From assembly GCA_965222615.1 (NCBI GenBank), contig CBDCUI010000008.1, positions 32,001 through 96,000 of the forward strand: 64,000 nt of DNA, in the 5' to 3' direction. Source of the stretch: Gammaproteobacteria bacterium. Lineage in GTDB: Bacteria; Pseudomonadota; Gammaproteobacteria; UBA4575. Each line of letters opens with the position of its first letter. The first letter of the stretch is position 1. The translations under genes were made by a program, and so were the position numbers. Below, piece after piece: positions 52,244 through 61,888 of this stretch. The notes beneath the pieces are model-generated. The model had not been told where the DNA came from. It did no database searches and worked only from the letters and a program-made list of their open reading frames with translations.

Positions 52244-52630
52244 ATGGCCAATGAAAAATCTCTGCTTTCTATTATTGAGCTTGGGGGATATCCAGATTTT
52301 GGACAAGTGTATAAACGCTATGGATATGAGAGGAGTGTTGTCTATAGCATGCGCAAGGCATTAACACTGTTAAAGAAAATAAGTCCAAAGGTTATTGTTG
52401 CAGAATTTAATTATCAATCTGATTTTCGTGATCGTACCAGTAGTCTCGAATCGTTAATTGCTGTAGCGCAGCAAAATCCTGATGTAAAGTTAATAATCTT
52501 TTACGAAAAAGAATATTTACACCAATTAGAAAAATTAACTGCTCGCTACAACTTTTTTGCAACGTTTGCTTACCCAATTGAAGAACAAATGATAGTCGAT
52601 GCACTTACTCGCTTAGAAATGGCCTCGTAA
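52244..52630 (+). CDS. Receiver-like (pseudo-receiver) protein
   Basis: CheY-like size and pattern; PKVIVAEF with Glu at the Asp position; YP rather than KP. Confidence 0.6.
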   Translation: MANEKSLLSIIELGGYPDFGQVYKRYGYERSVVYSMRKALTLLKKISPKVIVAEFNYQSDFRDRTSSLESLIAVAQQNPDVKLIIFYEKEYLHQLEKLTARYNFFATFAYPIEEQMIVDALTRLEMAS

Positions 52631-52664
52631 ACCTAATTTTGTATCAGAATAAAATTAGAGCTTC

Positions 52665-52982
52665 TTAACTTGATTTTGAACCGCCAAGGCATGGCGGTGA
52701 TTTACGTATTCCACCTTCTTTATCCTGCCATTCCGAAGGTGTTAGCGTATGTAATGAAAGTGCATGGATAGGCCCTTCTAGCTCGTCTCTCAACAATGAA
52801 TTGAGTATACGATGTCGAGCAACAAGCATTTTTCCATCAAATGCCGAACTTACCACGGTAACTTTAAAATGTGACTCAGAACCTGGTGGCACATTATGCA
52901 TATGACTTTCATTTGCAACCTCAAGAAAATCAGGTTGCAAAGCATCGTTGATCTTTTTTTCTATACTGGCTTGAATTGTCAT
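52665..52982 (-). CDS. bolA: BolA family protein
   Basis: NESHMHNVPPGSESHFKV, IHALSL, SPPCLG. Confidence 0.92.
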   Translation of the reverse strand: MTIQASIEKKINDALQPDFLEVANESHMHNVPPGSESHFKVTVVSSAFDGKMLVARHRILNSLLRDELEGPIHALSLHTLTPSEWQDKEGGIRKSPPCLGGSKSS

Positions 52983-53035
52983 AACAGTTTTATAGCAATA
53001 ACGACCTGTATTCTAAATATCTACCTTGAAGTAAT

Positions 53036-53836
53036 TTACTCAATACAAAAAAATTCCTTTGCAGTTTGAGTGGTTTCTTCGGCGGTTTGTTCCATTGTGC
53101 TATTTCGACAACTTGCTACCGTTTTTAAAATATGAGGTAAGTATGCAGGCTCATTACGTCTTCCATGAGGCTTGGGGAAAGAAGGTTCTGCAGGTAGATT
53201 TCTGGGTAATAAATAAGGCGAATCGGTTTCAATCATTAAACGGTTTTTAGGAATATGCTGAATCAAAGTATGTAAGTGATGACCACGTCTTTCGTCACAG
53301 ATCCAGCCGGTGATGCCAATGTGGCAATCTAGTTCCAAGTAACAGTTCAATTCATTTTCAGCCCCGGTAAAACAATGTACGACTACTTTATTTAGTTTTT
53401 CACGATATTGTTGTAGTAAACTTACAAAGTCATGGTGCGCGTCACGTTCATGGCAAAAGATTGGCATGCCCAGTTCTACAGCAAGTTCCAACTGGGATTG
53501 AAATGCGTACCTTTGTTGTTGTGGTTCAGAATAATTTCGATTGTAGTCTAATCCTGCTTCTCCAATCGCTACCACATTTTCGTGTTTAGCTAATTTACGT
53601 AACTGTTCGGGAGTTTCTTCAGTAAATTCTTTAGCTAAATGAGGGTGTACGCCTACAGTCGAATGCATACCATTATATTGGGCTGAAAGTTTTAAGGCAT
53701 ATTCGCTGTCTTCGATATTTGAGCCAGTTAGGATAAAGCGAGTAACACCAGCATTATTTGCTCGCTCAATAACCTTAGTTTCGTCCTGGCGAAATGCGTT
53801 GCTGGTAAAATTAAAACCTATATCGACTAATTCCAT
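53036..53836 (-). CDS. tatD: TatD family nuclease
   Basis: DIGFN, GVHPH, GEAGLDY, HCFTG, ETDSPYL. Confidence 0.9.
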   Translation of the reverse strand: MELVDIGFNFTSNAFRQDETKVIERANNAGVTRFILTGSNIEDSEYALKLSAQYNGMHSTVGVHPHLAKEFTEETPEQLRKLAKHENVVAIGEAGLDYNRNYSEPQQQRYAFQSQLELAVELGMPIFCHERDAHHDFVSLLQQYREKLNKVVVHCFTGAENELNCYLELDCHIGITGWICDERRGHHLHTLIQHIPKNRLMIETDSPYLLPRNLPAEPSFPKPHGRRNEPAYLPHILKTVASCRNSTMEQTAEETTQTAKEFFCIE

Positions 53837-53852
53837 TTTGAACCCAAAAAAC

Positions 53853-53987
53853 TAGGGGAGCTCTGATTTATTAATGAAATGACTGATATTAGGCAAAAAA
53901 TGTCTAGAAAGTGGAGTGTATATGTAAATACATGAGCATTTCGAGACATTTTTTAACAACATATCAGAATAAATCAGAGTTCCTCTA
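53853..53987. repeat. Palindromic element, CTCTGATTT-arm subfamily, reverse orientation
   Basis: Close reverse-complement match to 54811-54944; its end coincides with the TAG stop of the trhO-like gene. Confidence 0.9.
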
Positions 53988-54797
53988 AGCTAAAGTTTTG
54001 CAATGATTACAAGTACGATCTTCACTTTCTCGTAAACGTGTCTGACAACTCCTACATAGTTTTGCATAATTTGGTTTGAGTTCTTTATTAAGACTGATTC
54101 GATCATCAAAAACAAAACAATCACCGTGCCAATGTTGATCGTTATATTTATTTAGATAATTTAAGATTCCACCTTTCAACTGATACACTTGGTTAAAGCC
54201 TTGTTGCTGAATGAATGGAGCTGCCTTTTCACAACGGATTCCTCCAGTGCAGAAGGTGATGATGGGCTTATCTTTAGGAATTTGTTTAAGTTGGTTTTTA
54301 GCTTTTTGTAATTGTCTAAATTGTTTTAAACCTAAATGTTTTGCATTGTCAAAGCTGCCCAGTTCGTATTCAAAAGAGTTACGTGTATCTAGTAGAGTAA
54401 ATTTGTAGCCATCATCTAGCCATTGCTTTAGTTCGTCACTAGTAATATAAGATGGCTTGTTTATTGTATGAGCATTTATAGTAGGCGCATCGTCTTCACT
54501 AGTAGGAACTAATTCATCACGGATTTTGATAAGTAGGCGTTTAAAAGGAATTTCGTCTGAATAGGTTGTATTGATGAGCAAATTTGAGAATCTGCAGCTA
54601 GAGTGTAAAAAGTCCAATACAAATTCTATATCTCGTGGGCTTCCTGCCAAGCTTAAATTGATGCCCTCTTTGCTGATAAAAATAGAACCTTTTAAATGGG
54701 TTTGGCTGCATACACTTTGCAGTTGATTATGTATAAACTCCACATCAGCAATTTCAATAAACTGATAACCGGCAATATTAGTGACTTGCATTTGCAT
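53985..54797 (-). CDS. TrhO/YceA-like rhodanese-domain protein
   Basis: EGIN, LDTRN.FEY..G.F, FCTGGIRCEKA, CFVFDDR. Confidence 0.85.
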   Translation of the reverse strand: MQMQVTNIAGYQFIEIADVEFIHNQLQSVCSQTHLKGSIFISKEGINLSLAGSPRDIEFVLDFLHSSCRFSNLLINTTYSDEIPFKRLLIKIRDELVPTSEDDAPTINAHTINKPSYITSDELKQWLDDGYKFTLLDTRNSFEYELGSFDNAKHLGLKQFRQLQKAKNQLKQIPKDKPIITFCTGGIRCEKAAPFIQQQGFNQVYQLKGGILNYLNKYNDQHWHGDCFVFDDRISLNKELKPNYAKLCRSCQTRLRESEDRTCNHCKTLA

Positions 54798-54810
54798 ACG
54801 AATGAAAATT

Positions 54811-54944
54811 TAAGGAAGCTCTGATTTATTCTGATATGGCGTTAAAAAAGGTCTCGAAATGCTCATGTATTTATATATACACTCCGCTTTCTCGACATTT
54901 TTTGCCTAATCTCAGCCATTACATTAATAAATCAGAACTTCCTT
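54811..54944. repeat. Palindromic element, CTCTGATTT-arm subfamily
   Basis: AAGGAAGCTCTGATTT...AAATCAGAACTTCCTT; core TGCTCATGTAT-n-ATACACTCCG. Confidence 0.9.
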
Positions 54945-54976
54945 GATAAAAATTATAATAGTATAGCGTAGCTATT

Positions 54977-57607
54977 ATGAAAGAAGGTCATCCTCAAGCA
55001 GTATATCTAAAAGACTATATTCCCCCACCTTTTCTGATCACTCAAGTAGAACTTGATTTTGTTCTAGGCGAGGAGGTCACTTTAGTGACATCTACGATTC
55101 AAGTCTGCAGAAATCCTGTCTCTAATGATCAAACCACTACTTTAGAATTAGATGGTGAAGAGTTGAAACTATGTTTGATCAAGTTAGATGGTATAGAAAT
55201 TACAGCAGCTCAATATGTGCAATCAGATGAGGCCTTGTTGATTCGTGATGTGCCGGACCGGTTTGCATTAACTATTCAAACCGAAATAACCCCGCAAACG
55301 AATACATCACTTGAAGGGCTGTATAAATCCAGTGGTAATTTTTGTACTCAGTGTGAGGCGCAAGGATTTCGCAAGATAACCTACTTTTTAGATCGCCCCG
55401 ATATAATGGCCAAATACAAGGTACGCATACAGGCAAACTCATTGCATTACCCTGTGTTGCTATCAAATGGCAATTTGAGAGAAGAAGGTAAATGTAGTGA
55501 TGGTGAGCATTACGCTATATGGGAAGATCCTTTCCCTAAACCCAGTTATTTATTTGCATTGGTGGCTGGAAATTTAGTCTGTCTTAAAGGGGTCCATCGC
55601 ACCAAATCTGGCAAGGATATCGAATTGCGTATTTATTCAGAATCTCATAATGCAGATAAATGTGAGCACGCTCTGCAATCCCTCAAAAAAGCAATGCAGT
55701 GGGATGAAGGGCGTTTTGGACTGGAATGCGATCTAGACATTTACATGATTGTGGCAGTGGATGATTTCAACATGGGGGCAATGGAAAATAAGGGTCTTAA
55801 TATTTTTAATTCGAGCTGTGTATTGGCACGACCTGATACCGCTACGGATGCAGACTATGAGAACATAGAAACGGTAGTTGCCCACGAGTATTTCCATAAT
55901 TGGACGGGAAATCGTGTGACTTGTAGAGATTGGTTTCAGCTCAGTCTAAAAGAAGGCTTAACCGTTTTTCGCGATCAAGAATTTACTGCAGAAGTAACTT
56001 CGCGTGCAGTAAAACGCATTCATGATGTAAGGTATTTGCGCAGTCATCAATTTGCTGAAGATGCCAGCCCTATGGCACATCCCGTGCGCCCGACATCCTA
56101 TGTGGAAATTAATAATTTCTACACACTCACGGTATATGAAAAAGGAGCTGAGATTGTACGTATGTACCAAACCATGTTTGGAAAAGATGGTTTTCGAGAA
56201 GGAATGGATTTGTACTTTAAGCGTCATGACGGTCAGGCAGTTACCACCGATGAGTTTACTGCAGCTATAGCCGATGCTAATCGAATAGATTTGTCACAAT
56301 TCAAACACTGGTATGAACAGGCAGGTACACCAACTGTTAAGGTAAAAGATCATTGGAATGCTGCTACGCACACTTATCAGCTCACCTTTACGCAATCCTG
56401 TCCGGCAACGCCTCAAGATGAAAGGGACCACAAACTACCATTTGTTATTCCTGTAAAAACTTCCTTGCTTGATGCTAATGGAGAAGTAATCGAATTACCT
56501 GAAGGGAAAAACAAAGTTTTGCTTATAAATAAAAAACAGCAAAGTTTTCACTTTGAAAATATTCAAGCAAAACCATTACCAGATTTATTGCAGGAATTTT
56601 CGGCACCGGTGAATTTGAAATACGATTATAGTGATGAAGATTTAGCATTCTTACTTAAATATTCACCAGACGCCTTTAATCGTTGGAATGCAGGCAACCG
56701 CTTAGCTGTAAATGTATTACTGGGCCAACTCAATAGTAAAAATAATTTATATATGGTTGATACGCTCAGGCAGGCTTTGATGTATGCTATCCAAGTCAAA
56801 GATTCTGATCAAAGCTTGTTAGCAGAATTGTTTACATTGCCAAGTGAAAAGGATTTAGAGGAATATTTAGAGTTAATAGAAGTGCAGCAATGTGTAGAAG
56901 TTTGTGAACAATTACAAAAAACCATAGCACAATCCCTTGAACAAGAGTTATTGCAAACCTATCGAGTTTGTTATCCTCAGTCTCATGATAAAACCGAATA
57001 TCGATACAAGACTGAAGAAGTAGCACGCAGAAGACTGCAAAACGTTTGCTTACAATTGCTTACTACTATTAATAAGGCTGAATACTTTAAACTTGCTTTA
57101 GACCAATTTAACCATGCTACAAATATGACTGAACAAGTTGGGGCAGTAAATGCTTTGCTGCATTCCGAAACCGACGCTAGAGAGCAGGTCCTACAGGCAT
57201 TTGAACAACAATGGCAACATGATAGTTTGGTAATGGATAAATGGTTTGCCTTTCATGCCCGCTCAAAAATTCCTAATGCATTAGAAAACGTTAAACAACT
57301 TATGCGATACTCAGTTTTTACACTAAAAAATCCCAATAAAGTTCGTGCACTAATAGGTGTGTTTGCTGGACAGAATGCTCTTGCATTTCATAATCCTAAT
57401 GGTAGTGGCTATGAGTTTGTGGCCGAACAAGTTCTTGAGTTAGATAGTATGAATCCACAAGTTGCTTCTCGCTTAGCACGAACATTGATGAACTGGAAAA
57501 AATATGCCGATCCCTATCAAAAATTAATGTATGAGCAGCTAGAACATATTGCTAAACATAAACACCTGTCTAAAGACGTGTATGAGATAGTGTCTAAAAG
57601 TTTATAA
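54977..57607 (+). CDS. pepN: Aminopeptidase N (M1)
   Basis: CTQCEAQGFR, GAMENKGLN, HEYFHNW, NPNKVRAL. Confidence 0.96.
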   Translation: MKEGHPQAVYLKDYIPPPFLITQVELDFVLGEEVTLVTSTIQVCRNPVSNDQTTTLELDGEELKLCLIKLDGIEITAAQYVQSDEALLIRDVPDRFALTIQTEITPQTNTSLEGLYKSSGNFCTQCEAQGFRKITYFLDRPDIMAKYKVRIQANSLHYPVLLSNGNLREEGKCSDGEHYAIWEDPFPKPSYLFALVAGNLVCLKGVHRTKSGKDIELRIYSESHNADKCEHALQSLKKAMQWDEGRFGLECDLDIYMIVAVDDFNMGAMENKGLNIFNSSCVLARPDTATDADYENIETVVAHEYFHNWTGNRVTCRDWFQLSLKEGLTVFRDQEFTAEVTSRAVKRIHDVRYLRSHQFAEDASPMAHPVRPTSYVEINNFYTLTVYEKGAEIVRMYQTMFGKDGFREGMDLYFKRHDGQAVTTDEFTAAIADANRIDLSQFKHWYEQAGTPTVKVKDHWNAATHTYQLTFTQSCPATPQDERDHKLPFVIPVKTSLLDANGEVIELPEGKNKVLLINKKQQSFHFENIQAKPLPDLLQEFSAPVNLKYDYSDEDLAFLLKYSPDAFNRWNAGNRLAVNVLLGQLNSKNNLYMVDTLRQALMYAIQVKDSDQSLLAELFTLPSEKDLEEYLELIEVQQCVEVCEQLQKTIAQSLEQELLQTYRVCYPQSHDKTEYRYKTEEVARRRLQNVCLQLLTTINKAEYFKLALDQFNHATNMTEQVGAVNALLHSETDAREQVLQAFEQQWQHDSLVMDKWFAFHARSKIPNALENVKQLMRYSVFTLKNPNKVRALIGVFAGQNALAFHNPNGSGYEFVAEQVLELDSMNPQVASRLARTLMNWKKYADPYQKLMYEQLEHIAKHKHLSKDVYEIVSKSL

Positions 57608-57619
57608 CTTGTAGCTCGA

Positions 57620-59161
57620 TTGCAAGAAAAATTATACTTGAACGAAAAAACACATAAATCCCACTCATATCGCACACTTGATGCGCTAGAGCGTATAGGT
57701 AACCGACTACCCGATCCGACCGTATTATTTTTCATTGGACTATTAACTGTGATGGCGCTATCGCACATTGCGGTTATATTGGGTTGGTCAGTAGCAGACC
57801 CTAGTGATGTTGGTTCGCAAATTCGTGCAAAAAGCTTGTTAAACGCTGATGGAATATGGTGGCTATTAAGCCATTTGGTCGATAACTTTATCAACTTTCC
57901 GCCACTTGGAATTGTACTAGTCGGAATGTTGGGCATTGGAGTAGCGGATCGTAGTGGGTTTTTGCCTGCAGTTTTGTATATGGCAAGTATGCAGGTAAAA
58001 GGAATATGGCTCACACCAGCAATGATCTTTTTGGGCATTATGTCTTCAATAGCGTTAGATGCCGGTTATGTTGTACTACCACCGATTGCCGCGGTTTTGT
58101 TTGTGTTAGCTAAACGTTCGCCTATTGTAGGTATTGCGACGGCATTTGCTGGGGTTTCGGCAGGTTTTGGAGCAAATTTGTTGATAACAAGTCTAGATCC
58201 CTTACTCGCAGGCTTTACCCAAGCAGGAGCTCAAGTACTTGATGCAAATTATCAAGTCGTCATTACTTGTAATTGGTATTTCATGTTTGTATCAACAATT
58301 TTACTTACGGCAGTAGGATGGTTTGTAACCTCGCGTTATGTTGAGCCAAGATTTATTTCTAACCATGAGGTTTCAATACCTGAGCACATTACAAGTATTG
58401 ACATTGTCACAGCTAAAGAAAAAAAAGCGATTTTACATGCATTGTTGAGTTTCATATTCATAATCGGTTTGATATTAATTTTAGTTCTTATTCCGAACGC
58501 ACCTTTATTTGGTGATGTTGGGAAAATTCCTCGTTGGGCCGCGGCAGGTGTTCCTCTTTTGTTTATAATATTTTTAATGCCAGGAGTCGTTTACGGGATA
58601 AAAGCAGAAACGATTGAAAGCCATCGTGATATCGCACGCATGATGGGAGAGACAATTGCTTCTTTAGGCCCCTATATCGTACTGGCCTTCTTTGCTGCAC
58701 AATTTATCGAAGCATTTAAATTTTCAAACTTAGGTTTGATGTTAGCGATTGGTGGTGGTCAATGGTTAGCCGCTATAAATATCAGTGTTTATATATTAAT
58801 TGCTTTCTTTATCTTAATTGTGATGATGGGGAATATCTTTATTGGTTCCATGTCAGCTAAATATGCATTTTTTGCACCGGTATTTGTACCGATATTCATG
58901 CAACTTGGTATTAGTCCTGAACTCACGCAAGTGGCTTACCGTATTGGCGATTCTGTAACCAATGTAATTACACCCTTAAATCCCTATTTGGTCATTATTT
59001 TGGCCTTGCTAAAAGAGTATTTACCTAAATCAGGATTAGGTACATTAGTAAGCATTATGCTTCCGTATACCATTGCGTTTTCGATTACCTGGATATTATT
59101 CTTATTTATTTGGATGGGGGTTGGATTGCCACTAGGTCCGAATGGCCCGCTTTACTACTAG
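57620..59161 (+). CDS. AbgT family transporter
   Basis: ERIGNRLPDP, NFPPLG, AYRIGDSVTN. Confidence 0.9.
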   Translation: MQEKLYLNEKTHKSHSYRTLDALERIGNRLPDPTVLFFIGLLTVMALSHIAVILGWSVADPSDVGSQIRAKSLLNADGIWWLLSHLVDNFINFPPLGIVLVGMLGIGVADRSGFLPAVLYMASMQVKGIWLTPAMIFLGIMSSIALDAGYVVLPPIAAVLFVLAKRSPIVGIATAFAGVSAGFGANLLITSLDPLLAGFTQAGAQVLDANYQVVITCNWYFMFVSTILLTAVGWFVTSRYVEPRFISNHEVSIPEHITSIDIVTAKEKKAILHALLSFIFIIGLILILVLIPNAPLFGDVGKIPRWAAAGVPLLFIIFLMPGVVYGIKAETIESHRDIARMMGETIASLGPYIVLAFFAAQFIEAFKFSNLGLMLAIGGGQWLAAINISVYILIAFFILIVMMGNIFIGSMSAKYAFFAPVFVPIFMQLGISPELTQVAYRIGDSVTNVITPLNPYLVIILALLKEYLPKSGLGTLVSIMLPYTIAFSITWILFLFIWMGVGLPLGPNGPLYY

Positions 59162-59318
59162 AACCCACCTCAAAATGCATCTAGTCTGCTGATACAGCGT
59201 TGCAGAACGTTCTTAAATGCGGGGCGTTGATAAACGCAGACTCGTTTGTAAACTGCGCTTTTTCGAACGTTCTGCGCCTTGTCTGAGCAGATGATCTGCT
59301 ATTTTGAGATAGCTTCTA
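59159..59318. repeat. Palindromic element, TAGAACC-arm subfamily with GGGGC-hairpin core
   Basis: TAGAACCCACCTCAAAAT...ATTTTGAGATAGCTTCTA; begins at the abgT-like TAG stop. Confidence 0.85.
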
Positions 59319-59463
59319 GGAAGTCCTGATTTATTCTGCCTTAATTAATTTTTTTGGTTGTTAAAAAATATCTCGAGATATGGGGCGATGAAATCGCAAA
59401 CTATGTGTAAACTCCGTTCTCTCGACATTTTTTGCCTAGCCTGGGAATAAATCAAAATTTCTT
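59317..59463. repeat. Palindromic element, CTGATTT-arm subfamily with GGGGC-hairpin core, tandem with previous copy
   Basis: TAGGAAGTCCTGATTTATTC...GAATAAATCA; GTAAACTCCGTTCTCTCGACATTTTTTGCC; shares TA at 59317-59318. Confidence 0.85.
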
Positions 59464-59484
59464 TAACTTTGTGCTGACGAGTAG

Positions 59485-59904
59485 ATGAAAAAAGAAAACA
59501 TTATTGCAGTTTTTGAAAGTGGTCCACTGCATATTACTGGAACACTTGAATTAAGAGACAATAATGGAAAATTGATTGAAAGTGGCGAAGAGCTATATTT
59601 ATGTCGCTGTGGGCACTCTAATAACAAACCTTATTGCGATGGGCAGCATAAAAAAATTAATTTTCAAGATAACGGCGAATTTAAAAAACCACCCGAATCA
59701 GAGAAAGGTATGCTAAACGAAGGCAAATTGGAAATTAAAGTTCAGAAAGATGGTCCATTACTTTTTCAAGGAGTAGCAAGTATACAGAATACGAAACAGC
59801 AGCATGTTTTGCGTAAAGTTGGAGCTTTGTGCCGATGTGGACAAAGTCACAATAGTCCATTTTGCGACGGCACCCATACTAAAATAGAATTTACAGCAGA
59901 GTAG
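59485..59904 (+). CDS. Tandem CDGSH iron-sulfur domain protein
   Basis: LCRCGHSNNKPYCDGQH and LCRCGQSHNSPFCDGTH. Confidence 0.9.
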   Translation: MKKENIIAVFESGPLHITGTLELRDNNGKLIESGEELYLCRCGHSNNKPYCDGQHKKINFQDNGEFKKPPESEKGMLNEGKLEIKVQKDGPLLFQGVASIQNTKQQHVLRKVGALCRCGQSHNSPFCDGTHTKIEFTAE

Positions 59905-59939
59905 TTTTATAAAGCAGATTCCGATGTAATAAATTTAAA

Positions 59940-60067
59940 GTGACTCTGATTTATTAGTGAATACGACTGAGACGAGGCAAAAAATGTCGAGAGAACGGAG
60001 TTTACATAATAGTAAATGAGTATCTTGAGACATTTTTTAACAAAGTATCAGAATAAATCAGAGTTAC
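59940..60067. repeat. Palindromic element, CTCTGATTT-arm subfamily, reverse orientation
   Basis: Close reverse-complement match to 8068-8200; lies between convergent genes. Confidence 0.9.
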
Positions 60068-60073
60068 ATCGTT

Positions 60074-60589
60074 CTAAAAGTCGCTAGTGGATAAAAATAG
60101 TCCAACCCTTAGATCCTTAGTCTTATATATCTCCCTACCGTCTACGGACATAACCCCATCCGCAATACCCATGGTTGCGCCTCGTTTAACAACTCTTTTG
60201 ATGTCCAATTGATAGGTTACGATTTTAGCCGTGGGTAGCACTTGTCCAGTAAAACGTACTTCATTGACTCCTAAGGCTCTGCCTTTACCTAGGTTGCCTT
60301 GCCAGGCAATAAAAAAACCTAGCAACTGCCACATGGCATCTAAACCTAAGCAGCCCGGCATCACAGGATCACCCGGAAAGTGGCAGCCAAAAAACCATAA
60401 TTCCGGTTTTATATCTAACTCTGCCTTGACTTCGCCACGACCATAACTTCCTTTGTCATGTGTAATGCTAGTAATACGGTCTACCATTAACATATCAGGC
60501 ATGGGCAATTGTGCATTACCAGGCCCAAACATCTCGCCTCTACCACAGGCAAGCAATTCTTCATATGAAAAAGAGTTCTTTTGAGTCAC
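60074..60589 (-). CDS. fabA: 3-hydroxyacyl-ACP dehydratase/isomerase
   Basis: [26 protein letters not shown]. Confidence 0.96.
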   Translation of the reverse strand: MTQKNSFSYEELLACGRGEMFGPGNAQLPMPDMLMVDRITSITHDKGSYGRGEVKAELDIKPELWFFGCHFPGDPVMPGCLGLDAMWQLLGFFIAWQGNLGKGRALGVNEVRFTGQVLPTAKIVTYQLDIKRVVKRGATMGIADGVMSVDGREIYKTKDLRVGLFLSTSDF

Positions 60590-60715
60590 GTTTGATTAAC
60601 TTCTTTCTTTGTTTTTAAACTGCGTCCGTGTAAAGATAATGTAATGTTGTGAGGATGATTAATGTTACTCAAGTGTAGCAAAAGTTACTTGCTAATGGGA
60701 TTTTGATCGAAGTAA

Positions 60716-61699
60716 TTATGTAGTGAGACGAGTATTTTGTTTAATTCGATCTAGCAAAAGGGGTAGTTCACTCGTTGTTTGAATATAGTTGGCTTTTATT
60801 TCTTGCAAAATGTCAAAATAAGCCGCAGCACCATTCCCAGTGATTGCGATTTCGATATTTTCATTCAACTCATTACGTAGGCGACGTAGTTGATTAGCGA
60901 GTAATGGATCATCAGTCGGCCGAGTAATTCCTATCGCCACGAGCTGAGCATTGGTTTGTTCTTGTGTGTGAACTATTTCTTCGACTGCATTATTGATACC
61001 TAGAAAAATTACTTGCCAACCATATGCTTTAGCTGCCACCGCAATACGTAATGTGGCAAGGTCATGTACTTGCCCTGTGGGAGATGCGCATACAATTTTA
61101 TAGTCAACATCTACATAAGGCTCGCTCATTAATAAGCTAGAAAGATAACTGCGCAAAGTATGTAGCGCTAATGAGTAGTGAGCATCACGTAATACACCAC
61201 GACGGCACTCTTCTTTGATGTGTGCAATTAGCGGTCTTAATAGATCTTCTAATAAAAATAAAATACCAAGTGATTTAGTTGCGTCACTCAACGAACGATG
61301 TAAATCTCCATTGTGAAAACGCGCAATAGCATCAACACATTCATCAAAATATTCCATCACAGAACCGGTATTGGGTCGCTGTTGAGTATTTGCAACGGGG
61401 AGTTGTGTAACCGCTGCGGTTTCATCAGTATCTACCATCTTGCGTAGTTGTCTAATGGATAAACTTGCTATCTCACCAATTCTTCTGCCGACGGTAGTGG
61501 CACGCCGTAACAGGATTAATTTTTCGACATCATTGTCTGTATATAACCTGCGTCTATTTGCAGCGCGTAGCGGTGAGATGGCCTGGTAGCGACGTTCCCA
61601 TGCACGAATAACATCGGCACTAAGTCCCGTACGTCTAACCACTACTTGAATTGGATGTTGGGTACCGACTGCGCCTGTCTGTGTGTCTGCCACGTTCAT
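60716..61699 (-). CDS. MerR-family regulator with B12-binding-like domain (CarH/LitR-like)
   Basis: IRAWERRY...RRLY wing; four-helix linker; GQVHDLA and WQVIFLG Rossmann-like region. Confidence 0.85.
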   Translation of the reverse strand: MNVADTQTGAVGTQHPIQVVVRRTGLSADVIRAWERRYQAISPLRAANRRRLYTDNDVEKLILLRRATTVGRRIGEIASLSIRQLRKMVDTDETAAVTQLPVANTQQRPNTGSVMEYFDECVDAIARFHNGDLHRSLSDATKSLGILFLLEDLLRPLIAHIKEECRRGVLRDAHYSLALHTLRSYLSSLLMSEPYVDVDYKIVCASPTGQVHDLATLRIAVAAKAYGWQVIFLGINNAVEEIVHTQEQTNAQLVAIGITRPTDDPLLANQLRRLRNELNENIEIAITGNGAAAYFDILQEIKANYIQTTSELPLLLDRIKQNTRLTT

Positions 61700-61888
61700 C
61701 TGTCCTAGATTTGTCTAAGTTTTTGTAGAAAAATTATCGATAAATTCTAGCATATCTGGGGTATTGTTACATTTATGTATAGGACATTAATAGGTCAAAA
61801 CTCATGTCCCATCTTCCTATATACGACCGAGAATGGTATATTTTTAAACATAATTATTTAGGTTGAATCGAAGTACTAGGAGATCAAG

